Source of the DNA: Cenococcum geophilum
Lineage: Eukaryota
NCBI GenBank assembly: GCA_050273025.1
Contig: CP158635.1
Location: 33,418,001 to 33,482,000, forward strand
DNA: 64,000 bases
Direction: 5' to 3'
Shown: one piece after another, positions 1 through 12,122 of the stretch
Layout: each line of letters begins with the position of its first letter
Numbering within the stretch: position 1 is the first letter of the stretch
Position numbers and translations under genes: made by a program
Notes under the pieces: model-generated
Databases searched by the model: none
What the model saw: the letters and a program-made list of their open reading frames with translations, nothing else
Told to the model about the DNA's origin: nothing

Positions 1-60
1 AAAATATTGGTTAGACTAGCTACGAACCACCGCTATAGTATTACTGTAAACTATTTTATA

Positions 61-3000
61 ATAAATCCCTAAAATTATTTAAAAAAGCTTAGTAGTAGGC
101 TAAGGAAATACCTAACTCCTTAAGACGCAGCAAAAGCTAAAAAGTAGAGTAATTAATAACGATATTAACGAAACCTCCAACCTTAGGGACTAGTAGATTT
201 CATCGCATATAAACCTCTACTCTATTAAAATGTTTTAGCAGAAACCCCCTAAACCGGCCTTTGAATAAGCCTTAATATTTAAATTTTTTAAAATAGCGAT
301 ACTTAATAAGGCGATACTTAATAAGGCGATATTCCTTAATCCCTATGACTAAACTATATATAACTAAGCGAGAGCGAAAGCGAGAGTGAATTAAATATTG
401 ACCTTACTAGGCAGATCTAGTAGGTATAAATAGATAAGGAGAAATATAACGCTAAATGGGAAGAATATAAGGCGGAAGTTTCCTAATGGCTGAATAAAAT
501 GCATATAATAACCGCTAAAATTATACCGTAACTAGATAATGTAAATAAAGCTAGCACACCCGGTAATATTAGGCTTGTAGGTAATAGAAGGGTTAGGAAT
601 TACCGCCGGAGCAAAAAGGGCTAGCGAAAGAGGGTCACGGCGTTCTTTTTCAAAAGCTGCTTCTGTAGATAAACTAATATTATTAAATAATAATAGCGTT
701 AGTGCTTCGCGTGCTTTAAACAAATTAGTAAATACCCAAAAATTATAAAAAGTAAGAACCCTATCGTAGATACTAAACTAGCGCAGCTTACCTTCCCTAT
801 AATTATTAAATAGAAGTCTTGCTAAATAAAGTAAGTTGTTTTTAGCTTAAACTAATAATCTCTTATTCTAGATAAAATCTTTACTAGTAAGAGCACCTAT
901 ATATAATACGCCAACCTTACTAGTTATCTAAAGATCTCTAAGTACTGCTTTATCTTTATATCTTTATCCGGCCGAAGAAACAGTTTTACTTATACCTACC
1001 TAACCTATAAGTTAAGGAACACTACTAACGGCTTCTATCCTGCCTGTAGTCTCTCCTATATAAGCTACCGCTCCGCCCATTACAGCCCTAACTCTAGCTA
1101 TAATAGCACCCCTAGAACCGATAGAGCGGACAGCTTTTAAGCTTGCTAAATAACTTCGGAGTTTTTAAGGCTGCACCTATAAATAGTATAGAGAGGTAGA
1201 TTAATTACACTAATAGCACTACTAACGCCCCGATATACATTCTAAGTGTTTTTCTTTATAGTAGATTACTACTATTATCCGCGGGTAGTATAATAGAGGA
1301 ACGCTACTTCTAGACGTGCTAAGTAGTACTAAAATGATAAAGCTAGCGGACCTCCGTAATGTTAACTGCTAGGGGGCTTTTAAGGGTATAAGTTGCTTTA
1401 CTGCCCCTAAAGATATTAGGACTTATAATAAGAACCTACCTAAAAACCTATACCTATTATAATACTACTCTACTAGTAATAAGAATCGCCGTGCTAAAGT
1501 AATGTTTAATATTAATAGTATCTGCTACTTTTCTAGCAGCTTAGGAATTACTTGTCGTGGGATTAATTAGTTTCCTAAAGCCTATCCTATTCTTAATATT
1601 ATTGTGGATATACACTTTGGCCTAAAAGTACCTATATATAATAGTAGAGGAGTATTATCTAAAAAGTACGTCCCACTTTATAAGATACCTCACTACTGTT
1701 TCGGCACTATTATTAGTATAGAGACACTTTTTATATTTATCTTTTTTCTAGCGCTTTATTTAGAAAGCGACTATAAGCACTCCATATACCTTAGTAAGGA
1801 AGATTAATAGCTTTAGTATAATGCGGTTCTCAGTCCTACTTTAACCAAGACAATTAAATACTTAAATATTTTGTAGCATTATCCCGCTTCCGCCTACATT
1901 ACTAATATAGATTTGGCTAAAGTAGCCGCGGAGTCTCTTACTTAAAAAGAATGTGCTAAGAACTAGCTTTTAAGACACGCACTACAGCCTTAATACCTTA
2001 ATCTTCTTTGGACCTATATACTTAAGACTATTAAGGATAATCTTAGCTTCTAGCGGTTTTAAGGTGCAACCCTCTTTATAAATGGAAAAAATATAAAACT
2101 TAAATATATAGACCCTAGTTTGACGGGAGTATATATAAGATAGGAAAATCACTAGTTTAAGGCAACCGACCCCTAATTCTATAATAAGGATTGGACTTTT
2201 ATAGACCTTGTAAAGCAGGTAACCTTAAAAGATAGTGCTTTACTATATAATTAAATACTAGATAGCTATGAGGTAGAAGTATATCTATAGAGGAGTTACT
2301 GCCTTAAAGCGTATTCTTAGACTTAGGAAGTCCTTAATGCTAATAAAAGCTAAACTAGGGGCAATTCTAAGCGCACTAAATACTCCTAGGCAATAATGCG
2401 AGATTTAATAAGCCAGACTATATTTGCTGCACTACGTGGAAAGGAGAGTATAGATGGACTAATTTATTTCTAATTTTATTCACTAATAAAGGGTCCATTT
2501 AATACATTAAAGATGTATATCTTTAATAATAAATCTTTTAAGAATCTTGCGTTGGACCCTAGGTATATTTGGTTACTATAGTAAAAAGGCGGAAGTATTA
2601 CGTTTTTTAAAGCTATCTATAAGTTTAGTTACCTTTATAGAAAGAGGCAAGCTTATAGTAATCTAATTAACAATTAGTGGAAATTATATAGGATTAGGAA
2701 AGAGCACTATATTTCTCTTATAATAGTAGGTGAGATTTATAAGCAGTGGCGTAAGTGGGACTTATATGATAATAATAAGATTAATTACAACTAGTACGCC
2801 CTTCCTTATTATATTATCCCAACTTAAGAGACCCTTAGTTTTCTATATGCCCAGATTAATAAGTACTGCTTTCTTTTTAAGCATGTTTATATATATACCG
2901 CTATAATATATTCCTTACCGGAGATAATGGTTATAGTTATTACCCTATAAGCATTCCGGTTCTGCTATAGTAGCAATCTTTTATAATGGGAATTACTTTT

Positions 3001-4321
3001 ATATAAAGATCGCTAGGAGTAAAAATATAATTATAAAATTACGGTTAAAGAAGGGCTTGGTATGCGTAATAGTATAAAGCGTTATAGTCTTAGCTAGTTT
3101 CTACTAAAGTTTAATTAGGCTATATGGCGGCTAGCACCACTATATAGTAAGAATATCCTAGTTGGAAATATGCTAATATACGAAGAGTATAAGTGGAGGT
3201 GGAAAGCGGTTAAGGATCTCCGGGATGTCTTTATCCGCTTTAATTAGGCCGAGTTATAGTATAACCACTATAATGTTTAAAGAAATCTATTACTATTAAG
3301 AAAATGGCTTAAATACCTCTACGTCCTTAACCTTAAGCAATTTAATATTAATATCTGGAAGGCAATGCTTAAGATTAATAAAGGCTTAGCAGAACTAGCA
3401 CTAGCGGTAATGTAGTAAAAGGGCGAATTTTGATTCTGCTATTAAGGTATAAAGGAGATGTTTTCTACTAATGGGGTAATAGGACTACTGTACTTTGTAA
3501 TAGGAAATAAGATGCGGTTTAAGAAAGTAGTAGATCTACTTAACTTCTTGTTTCTATAGGATGACGAAGAGAAGTAGACAAGCTAGGGTAGTAAACCGTA
3601 TTAAGCAATTTTGTAAAAAAGCTTTAAGTTAGTTAAGAGGCGACTAGGATATAGGAAAGTAGAAAGGTAGTTAGATAAATTCCTCTATCTTATCCACCTA
3701 ATGTATTAGATCCTTCTATACCCGTCTAATACTACTCTTATTTTGTTAATAAAGATAAGCCGTAGTTAAGGACTAAGGCGATAAATGATATAGTTCTCGG
3801 CAGTATATATAAACTTAAAGAAAGTAGAGCTTCTAGTCCATTTAATGCCTTATACGCTTTTTAATATACTTTAGGCTGCATATTAATAGACGTTAAAAAA
3901 CGGATAAAATTAGCAAGAATAGGGTATATATTAGCTTATTAAAGTATATAGAGAGTAAGGGCTACGGATATACGGGCTTAAGGAAAGTAAGGAGTACTAG
4001 GTAGTAGGAAAGAAGAGCATTAAACTAAAAGGATTTTTACTACTATAAGAGCGGTCGCAGCCGCTAAAGCTCTTAATACTAGAGCAAATTAAAAATAAGA
4101 GCCTTAAAGAGCTAGAGGAGCTAATAGTAGAATAGAGCTAGGACGAAAGCGGCAATGCTTAAAATGAGGAAGACTTTAGTAGTAAAGAAGGGAGTAGGTA
4201 AAGAAGTAATAAGGATAATAGGGTTAATAGGAACTAAGATATGCAATTAAAATCTAATAAAAGTAGAATGGTAAGCCGTAATGTAACTAGTAGTAGTAGT
4301 ATTTTTATTCTATTTAATTAG
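61..4321 (+). pseudogene. Large conserved fungal hypothetical protein (accessory-region family), RIP-inactivated
   Basis: De-RIPed reading begins M..RPRKYLTPQDAAKAKK and continues through KYVPLYKIPHYCFG (ORF 1604-1807), GLIYSQFYS, LALDPGY, YGIREEHRIS, EGLGMR and HWILPYPS, ending in SSSSIFIPSN* at about 4321. Confidence 0.7.
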
Positions 4322-4380
4322 ATGTTGTATTATAAAGCAAGAGGCGAAGTCTAAAGAGGACGTAAAGGAAGTTTAGCTAA

Positions 4381-4520
4381 GATAGGTAGGGTGGAATGTT
4401 TTATAAATAGGCTATATTATAGAAAAGTCGGAGCGGTTTCCTTAATAACTTGTGACTTGGTTTTAGCATATTAATATACCAAACTAATTTTTTTTACTAA
4501 TGCCACTTTAATTCCCTAAT
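4381..4520 (-). repeat. ~140-bp promoter-like module containing the 24-bp palindrome (copy 1; homologous to 9341-9530 and, inverted, to 32660-32795)
   Basis: The reverse complement (agggaattaaagtggcattagtaaaaaaaa...atattaatatgctaaaaccaag...ttaaggaaaccgct) matches 32681-32765 almost base for base. Confidence 0.85.
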
Positions 4521-4566
4521 AATATGTTAAAATATAATTATTGTAAAAATAGATAATAATTAATAT

Positions 4567-4650
4567 AAATAAGTGTTGAGATAAGTGTTAAGATAAGTGT
4601 TGAGATAAGTATCGAGATAAGTATTAAGATAAGTGTTGAGATAAATGCTA
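4567..4650. repeat. 12-bp minisatellite (GAGATAAGTGTT)n, about 6 units
   Basis: Direct reading. The same unit occurs at 18533-18802 and 50175-50243. Confidence 0.9.
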
Positions 4651-4669
4651 TTAAAATAGATAATTAAGG

Positions 4670-4970
4670 GAAGTTATAAGTAAAAAGAAGCTTAATATTT
4701 AATAGAGTAGGAAGCTTATATATCTATATATATTAGGTTAATATTTAGGAATAGGTAGAAATATTAGTTAAAGAGGGAGCGGAATTTAAAAAAGTCTAGT
4801 GAGCGGCAGTAAAGGTAATTATGCGTTAAAATAGTCTAGTTGTTATTATTATAGGTATAGGAGTAGGGAAAAGTATATTATTTTTATTACTAGCATCGTG
4901 TTCTAGGGGCGTGTTAGTAGTGATTATACTATTAGTTTTATTAAGAGGGGATATAAAAGCGCGATGTAAT
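4670..4970 (+). pseudogene. RecQ-like (telomere-linked-helicase type) SF2 helicase fragment, motifs I and Ia
   Basis: 4851-4970 de-RIPs to MGTGAGKSILFLLPASCSGGVSVVIVPLVSLRGDMKARC (Walker A GxGKS plus motif Ia). Homology stops after motif Ia. Confidence 0.8.
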
Positions 4971-5429
4971 TTACCTACTAATAATATATAAAAGCGCCAT
5001 AAAAGGTTTCTCTACAATGCTATCCCTAAGTAAAGCTTTACTAGACATCCTACCTTAATATTTAAAAATATTGCGTCCCCTTAGCGTAGCCCTCTATATT
5101 AAACACGGCGACTACTATATTACTATAAATTTCGCGCGATACCTTATACGGTCGCATTCTATTAAAGCTGGCTAGGTTAGGTACTAAAGCCTATATATAG
5201 AAAAAGCCCTATTAGTATTCTCCTTATCCATAATTAAATAGGTAGGGTGGAATGTATTATAAATTAGAAGATTAAGGTGGTAAGGTAGTAGTAAGAATGT
5301 TTATTTTAGATTGATAATAAGTAATTATATTGTGTATATATATATTATATATTAAGCTTAATTATAGGCGGACCTTAAAATAGTCTAACTAAATGATTGG
5401 TTATATAATATGGTCCTAGGCTTACACTA

Positions 5430-8070
5430 GGTCTATTTAGGCTTCTTTAATAGCCTCTTACTTCTTCTTATATCTTCTTATAATTATAGCACCTTTTCCT
5501 TTAGCGCCTCTTCCTTCCCTAGCGCCTTTTCCTCTAGTGCTTCTTATTCTTAGGCCATTTTCGTTCCCTAGCTCTTCTTATTCGCCTAATCCCTCTTATC
5601 CGCCTAATTCCTTTAGTTCTATTCTAGGAAAATCGGTCTTAGAATTCTTATACCGAAACTTCCCTTATTTTTCCGCTTCCTTATATAATGTTTAGATCTA
5701 CTTACTAATAAAGCTAATTAGAATGTTCCGTTTAAAATAATTAGGTATATTGTTTTTGTTTTTAGTATAAAGCTTTTTCTAAGCCCCTTCTAGGGATATC
5801 TACTAGAACTCTAGTAGTACTTTAAACCGGCTAAGATTTTAAGTCTATGTCTTCCACTTATTAAAGAAGTTTGTTTAAGAATCTAAGTATATCTCTAGGT
5901 TTAGCGTGATCTAAATAGGATATATAAACAATTTTGGCTTAGTTTCTTCTTCTTCTTAGGTCTGTTGGGGTTTTTTCCCTTTAGTTTTAACTTCTATTCC
6001 TTTAGTTCGGACTATTATCCCATTAATAGTTAGGAAATTGTAACGTTGGGGTATATATAGTATAGTTTTATCCTTAGAGGTGTTAAAAGGTGGAATCTCG
6101 CCTTTAAAAAATAACGTTTTGATTAAGCTTAGACTATAGGGCAGATAGGAGAGACTATATATCGCAATTAATACTAAGATAGTATACTTAATTATAAACC
6201 CAGTAATAGATAGATTGTTAATATACTCCGGTAATGTATTTAAGAACTCTATATTATAGTAATCTAATCTCTTCTTAAGTAGTACCCCACCTATAGCATT
6301 ACGGGCTATACTATATAAATAGTGCCTTACGGATTCCTCTAATTTATTATTATATTCGTTGTAAAAATACTAAAAGTTGATAAGTTTTGGTATATTAATT
6401 AATAGATCCTAAATAGGCTGGCTATAAATATAAGCCTTTATATAGTGGTAGTGCCTAAACACGTTAGTAAAGGTATATAAGTAGAATAAATATATTATAC
6501 GTCTCTAAATCCGGCTTAGAACTTTTATTTTAGATTTCTAATTTAAACCTTAAAGCATCTCTACTAATGGCCTTAAAGTATAGAGAGTTTAGATTAATCT
6601 TACCTTTTATAATACACTTATTTAAGAGTAATGGGATGTAGCTAGTGAAATCTTTGACTTTAAACCTCTTATTGTCTTTAAACTTCTCGCTATCTGCTTG
6701 TTTTACCTTTTCTTTTTACTTTTACTAATACGCTAATTCTTTCTAAATTATAGTTAGAACCATCTTTATTATAAATAGGTTACTACTCCTATTACTTACT
6801 TTAGTTAAGCCTCTATAGGTATATATTATTTTATAATTATCCTACCTATTTGACCTGCCGAAAATCCTATGGTTATTTGCTGATAAACTAAGGATTCCTT
6901 TTCTTCTTAGTAATAGTAAACTATCTAACTATTAACGTAATTCTGACTTTACGCTAATAGTGTCTTGGTTGTTATCCTTCTCTATCTTTAGAGTGTTAAG
7001 TTGATTAATAATAAAAACAACGTTTAATATTGCTGATTGCTCTTTAAGGAATTTATCTATCGCTTTTAGGTCGTCTAGTGTTAAGATAGCCTATTACTTG
7101 CTTATATCGCCCACCTAGGTAAAAAGTATTACGGCTTTTATATATCTGACTTGCCTTTTTATTAATTCCTAACAATTAGGGATATATATAACGTGTATTT
7201 TCCTAGCTATTAATAAACAGATAAGGGTAGCTAGAAGATAAGACTTTTTATAGCTTTTAGTTCTATAGACAATAAGATAAGTTTTGCTATTATCTTTATA
7301 GAGGTATTTAACCTCGTATATAAGTGTTTTAAATTTCTCTCGCCCTATATATGGCCAATTTCTTTCGGCATCTTTAGAACTAACACTAAATTTATTTAGA
7401 TATGCCTCGATTATAAACGGAAAGGGTAATTTAGCGCTGAAGGCGGGTTCGGAAAACTGCTTAACAAAATTAGAAGGCGGAATGACGCCTTTAAAAGGTA
7501 AATTAATGGATAACTAGCAAAGCTTTTTAATTTTCTACTAGATAAGCTCCCTTTGCTAATAAGCACTTTTGGCGAGCTATTAATCGCTCTTAAGACGCGG
7601 CTTTTTAGAAGCGCTGTTAAATACGTTTATATCTCTAGCCTATTATATGCTTCCTATAATCTTATTAGCTTACAGTATACTTAATATACTTAGATAAAGA
7701 TAGTAAACTTACTTATTATACTAGCAGACCCTATAATGCTGTTAGCTTAATTCCTATGTGGCATTAATTATATAACAAGATAGTAACTTACTCTCCCCTT
7801 TTATGGGCTCCATTAACAGTTTTGTAAGTACTATAGCTATCCCATAAGATAGCCTATAATCCCTAAAGAAGCGCCAGTTATTATTATAGCTTAAGAAAGT
7901 AAGCCTAATAATACGCGCCGCTCTTAGTTTCGCGCGCTTGTCCTTATTAAGTAGGATATTTTAATCCCGCTTAATCTACGCAATCAGCTTATTTATACTC
8001 TATTTCGTTAAGGGCTTTATATAGCTGGCCGGCTTAGGGTTATATTCTAGTAGGGTGGCTATAGCGGTTA
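5430..8070 (-). pseudogene. Crinkler/CR-type protein: SAM-like N-terminus, P-loop NTPase and putative PD-(D/E)xK nuclease C-terminus
   Basis: Minus strand, de-RIPed. The N-terminal exon reads WSVDELIAWI...AARIVGLAFL...FFRDCGLSYG. The NTPase reads LIVYGTKGYxKSYLLATLVCLL...VVYIPDC...VVFIIDQLN...SLSANN...EDFTGYIPLLL. The C-terminus reads LYIPQRYNFxTIDGIIVR...LFIYPIQITL. Confidence 0.7.
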
Positions 8071-8314
8071 ATAGGACGGCGCGGCCAATATATATAATAA
8101 GTAAAGTAAAAAGGAGAGACGGAGTGTGCTTATAGGTATATGAAGTAGGTATAAAAGTAGTGGCAGAGGGATAGGGAGTAGAAAGAGAAGGTGTAAAGGT
8201 TAACTAGTAAATAATATAGGGTTAGGACTTTAATATAAGATAAAAAGTGGTAAGAAAGCTTTGTTAGAGATAAAGAGAAGTAGTAAATAAAGTATAATAT
8301 TACTAGGATAATAA

Positions 8315-8630
8315 TATGTAGGCCGGTAAAAAGTTAGGCGGGGCTGGGCGCCTAAGCTAATTGGCGCGCTAAGGGTGGCAAATTTATAGTAGAATACCGT
8401 GCTTCACCGCCTAGCGATTACTTAATACTAAATTTTCAACATCTTTATACGGCCGCCACTACCCTAATATATACGCTATAGATACTGCGCTAGAGTTATT
8501 AAAGTTGCTAAAGCCTAGAAAATAGCCTATTTATATATAAGTTGCTAAAGATATAGTGTTAATTATAAAACGTTATCGCGTAGTTACCGCGGGTTGTAGG
8601 GCATTGTAAGGCACTATAAATAGGAGGATT
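8315..8630 (+). mobile_element. 5' fragment of a Fot1/pogo-type (Tc1-mariner) DNA transposon
   Basis: About 8470-8620 de-RIPs (with one frameshift) to AIDAALESLKSLKPGEQPIYTQVAKxYGVDxKTLSRxHRG, the N-terminal HTH pattern of fungal pogo transposases. No DDE region follows. Confidence 0.5.
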
Positions 8631-9340
8631 AGGTAATAAAGTAAGCAGTATAAAGATCTAGGGTAAAAGAATTATATACCCGGACTTCTGCTGCGCTAAT
8701 ATAACGCGATATAACTAAGTTATCGCTTTTTTACCTCCTTGCTATAGATAAGCACCTTATACCTATTAATAGTATAGAGTATACCTACTAGCCTAACCTC
8801 TACTACGCCCTTAATAACTAGGCTGTTAAAGAGAAGTTCTTATTCCGGATAGGGACCTACGGAGAAAATGGCCCTTAATTCCTATTTCTCGATTTTAGAT
8901 TTCTATTTTGAGCCCCTATCGGTTTTAAGCCCTAGTAGAAAATAGTTTACTATTCTTAATTTCTATTTCCGCTATTTTAGATAAAGTAGAGGAGATATAA
9001 TTTATGGTAGCTTTTATAGCGATATAGTGGGATAAAAATAGTATTGTCCTTATTGCTGCGGCGTATAGTGCCTTACGTTATCGGTTAAGCTCTCGCAGTA
9101 AAGCATTCTATATCTTAGTAACTATCCTAATATATTAATGCCGGTTTGTTAAGGCGCGTATTAGCGGGAGATATAGCGTGGGCAAGTTCTAAAATAGCTA
9201 GTAGGACGTGATTTTTAAGACGAGCTTAAGTATATGCTATAGTTAGGAGAGGAGCGGGAGGTATATAGGTAAAAGTTTTATAATATAATGTTTATTGCCG
9301 ATGAGGTAATAATAGATATTTTAAGCAGGCTGTAGTATAT

Positions 9341-9530
9341 GGGTAGAGTGGAATGTTTTATAAATTAGAAGATCAATTTTTAATATAGGCTATATTATTA
9401 TAGAAAACTTAAAGTAATTTCCTTAACAACTCGTGACTTGATTTCGGTATGTTAATATACTAAACCCTTTTTTTTTTACTAATGCCACCTTAATTCCCTA
9501 TGGGGAGCAATTAATACAAGGTTTATAGTC
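9341..9530 (-). repeat. Promoter-like palindrome module, copy 2
   Basis: Matches 4381-4520 directly and 32660-32795 in reverse. The palindrome lies at 9442-9465. Confidence 0.85.
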
Positions 9531-9824
9531 CAATGGTAACTATAGTGCTGTAATTTAGTGCTCTTACTAATATTTAATATTAGTTGGTGCTATAACGTAC
9601 CTATACGGCGGGCGTGTACTGCTGATAAATAATGGCAGAAGCGAGCGTAAAAGGAAAGTTTATATCTCTTAAGGTGTTACGCCTAAGGCTAGAATTAATA
9701 TAGCTATAGGTATTTAATTATATAGAGATAGGAGATAGCGTATTAGGGTTATAATAGAGGTTTGCTAAAACCTATAGGCTAGAATATAACACGAATTAAT
9801 ACTAGCAGCGTTAATAACGGTAAT

Positions 9825-10190
9825 AATAAATATTAATAGTAGTAGCACTTAACTGGCTAACTAGTTTTTATATTACGATTTTAATTATAAAGTACTAATA
9901 TGTAAAGAGCATGGCTATATAGTTTAAAATCTATAGTTATATCTATATAGCTATTCCTTAATACTATAAAAGATGTAAAAGGAAATTGTTAAAAAGTATA
10001 GTAAATATGCTTTTTTAGGCCTAAGGGATATACTACTGCTAGCACTACCTAGACTATTATTTAAAATACCGCGAGACACTTTTTATACTATAAGGAAGTA
10101 TATAGGTTTATTAGCATATAATAGAGTATAAAAGTATAGTAAAAAGATATATAGATAGAAGTTAACTTAGTAAGACTTTACTCTTAAACT
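9825..10190 (+). pseudogene. DUF3505 (OrsD-like) zinc-binding domain fragment, of the type found N-terminal to fungal RecQ-like helicases
   Basis: De-RIPed DYKVLICKEHGYxVxNLxxHLHSH...KEIVEKY...PRDIPLPAPP, followed by a degenerate second C/H cluster. It is truncated next to the 60-bp repeat at about 10207. Confidence 0.65.
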
Positions 10191-10206
10191 CTAACTTAAG
10201 AAGAGG

Positions 10207-10322
10207 TTTAGTTTAATTTCGGTATAATAAATATGCTAAAATTAAAACAATAAAACCTTTTAAAGCTTTGGTCTGATTTCGGTATAATAAATATGCTGAA
10301 ATTAAAACAATAAGACCTTTTA
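10207..10322 (-). repeat. Two units of the 60-bp palindrome-containing repeat, inverted relative to the 12-15.5 kb array
   Basis: tgatttcggtataataaatatgctgaaattaaaacaataagaccttt is the reverse complement of the unit in 15029-15521. Confidence 0.9.
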
Positions 10323-11639
10323 GTAAATTTTTTTACCTAGTTTTAATATAAAAAGCTATTCCTTTCTGTTAAAATATAATACTTAACTTAATTTATTTAA
10401 GGAAGGCTAGTAGCTATATAATATAATATTAAAGAGGCTGGCTTTACTAACCTCTTTACGCTACTAGTGTTACGGTACTAGTAGTACTACGGTACCGGCA
10501 AATTGCCGCAAATTGCTATAGATAGCGGTTACGTAACGTAAGGTTATATAAAACTTTAAGCGGTACTACTTGTCCTCCCCTTATGGTCCGAATGATAGTA
10601 AAATATATAATAGCTACTAGACGACTTAAGGTAGAACTGGATTAATAACCCGCCTACTATAGTTAAACCCCCCCTCCCCCCCTTATACTTTAACCAACCT
10701 ACACTATATACTCTTATGCTACTAGTAGATCTCGCTTTAATCGCTAAAGATAGGACAATAAATACTTAAAGGAATAGCCCCCTAAGACTACCTACTACTA
10801 ACCACTTATAAGATCTTATAGAATAAGGTATTAGTAATATTAGGGAGTACTAAGTAAGGTATATATATAGGCTTATATGAGAATATAGCGAGACTAAAAG
10901 GAGTGAAAATATGTAATATAGTACTAGTGCCCTTTAGGCTTAGTGCCTCTGGGCGGAATAAACATTATTATTATTATGTCCTCCCCTTTCCTTTTCCTTA
11001 GCTTTTGTCGACCTAAATTGGAGTTTTTTACTACTATTGTAATACTGTCTAACGACCTAGATCGTCTATACGAACTATATCTTAGTTATCTCGTATCTTA
11101 AGCTTATATATCTTATTAAACGTTTTATTACCTATTTCTCTTAACTATAACCTACTAAATGACGACGTTATTGTTATTGTATTTGGACTTACCTAATATA
11201 TATAGGGGGGCTTCTAGAACTTTTTTTAATAAACGGAGTTCTTATTCCTAATCGTCCGTTTAATAGCTTTAGATTCTCGTTTATAGACAATCCAATTATA
11301 TAGGCTTGCGCGTCTATCTTATTATACTTATGCCTTAATTAACTAAGTCGTTAATAACTAGAAGATCAATTCTTTATACTGTTGGTATTATGGTACTGTA
11401 ATGTATAACCTAGATAGGGAGCCTAGTTAGGGGTTTAGCTAAAGACTTAGCGTCCTAATGTGTATATATTATATCTCTACCTCCTATATATACCTCTTTT
11501 CTTTTCCTTAGCTTTGTATCTTTATAATACAGCATTTATTTAAGCTTTAGTTTAAAGGCATTTATTTAAGCCGTAATATTTAGTATATTAATATGCTAAA
11601 ATCAGCCTTTTTTAATATATTAATATATTAAAATTAATT

Positions 11640-11880
11640 TTAGCAACTTAGTTAATCGAGCCACGAGCACGGCAAGGAGGATGTATGTAAGCCTGCACGA
11701 TTAAATTGTCTATTAACGAAGATCTAAAGCTAGAGAAAAGGAAAGGAGAAAGATAAGTGGTGCCGCTTAAGGTTTTATACAATCTTCTAGTTACGTAGGG
11801 GTTACGTAAGCCCTATATCTACTATAACGTCTACTATAACTATAACTAGCTGCTATTTTCTACTGGTGCTATAATAATTA
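11640..11880. repeat. ~240-bp dispersed non-coding repeat (second copy at about 59045-59290; partial inverted copy at about 10520-10585)
   Basis: The sequence gatctaaagctagagaaa.gaaa.gg.....gt.g..ccgcttaaggttttat.caat is shared with 59121-59182. Confidence 0.8.
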
Positions 11881-12014
11881 ACCTCCCGTAGACGTAGAGC
11901 TTGTAACTGTATTAGGGCCTATATAATAGCTTATAGAGGTTTATAAAGTAAATGTATTATATATAGAGAGGGATATTTGCAAAGTTATAAAGTAATGTTT
12001 ATATGTCGCTGAGG

Positions 12015-12122
12015 TTATTTTGATTTCGGCGTGTTTGTTATGCCGAAATTAGACCAAAGCTCTAAAAGGTCCCGTTGTTTTAATTTCGGCATATTTATCA
12101 TGCCGAAATCAGATTAAAGCTT
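12015..12122 (+). repeat. Left part (about 2 units) of the 60-bp tandem array, split off by the LINE insertion
   Basis: The units contain tttcggcatatttatcatgccgaaa, the best-preserved copy of the palindrome. Confidence 0.9.
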
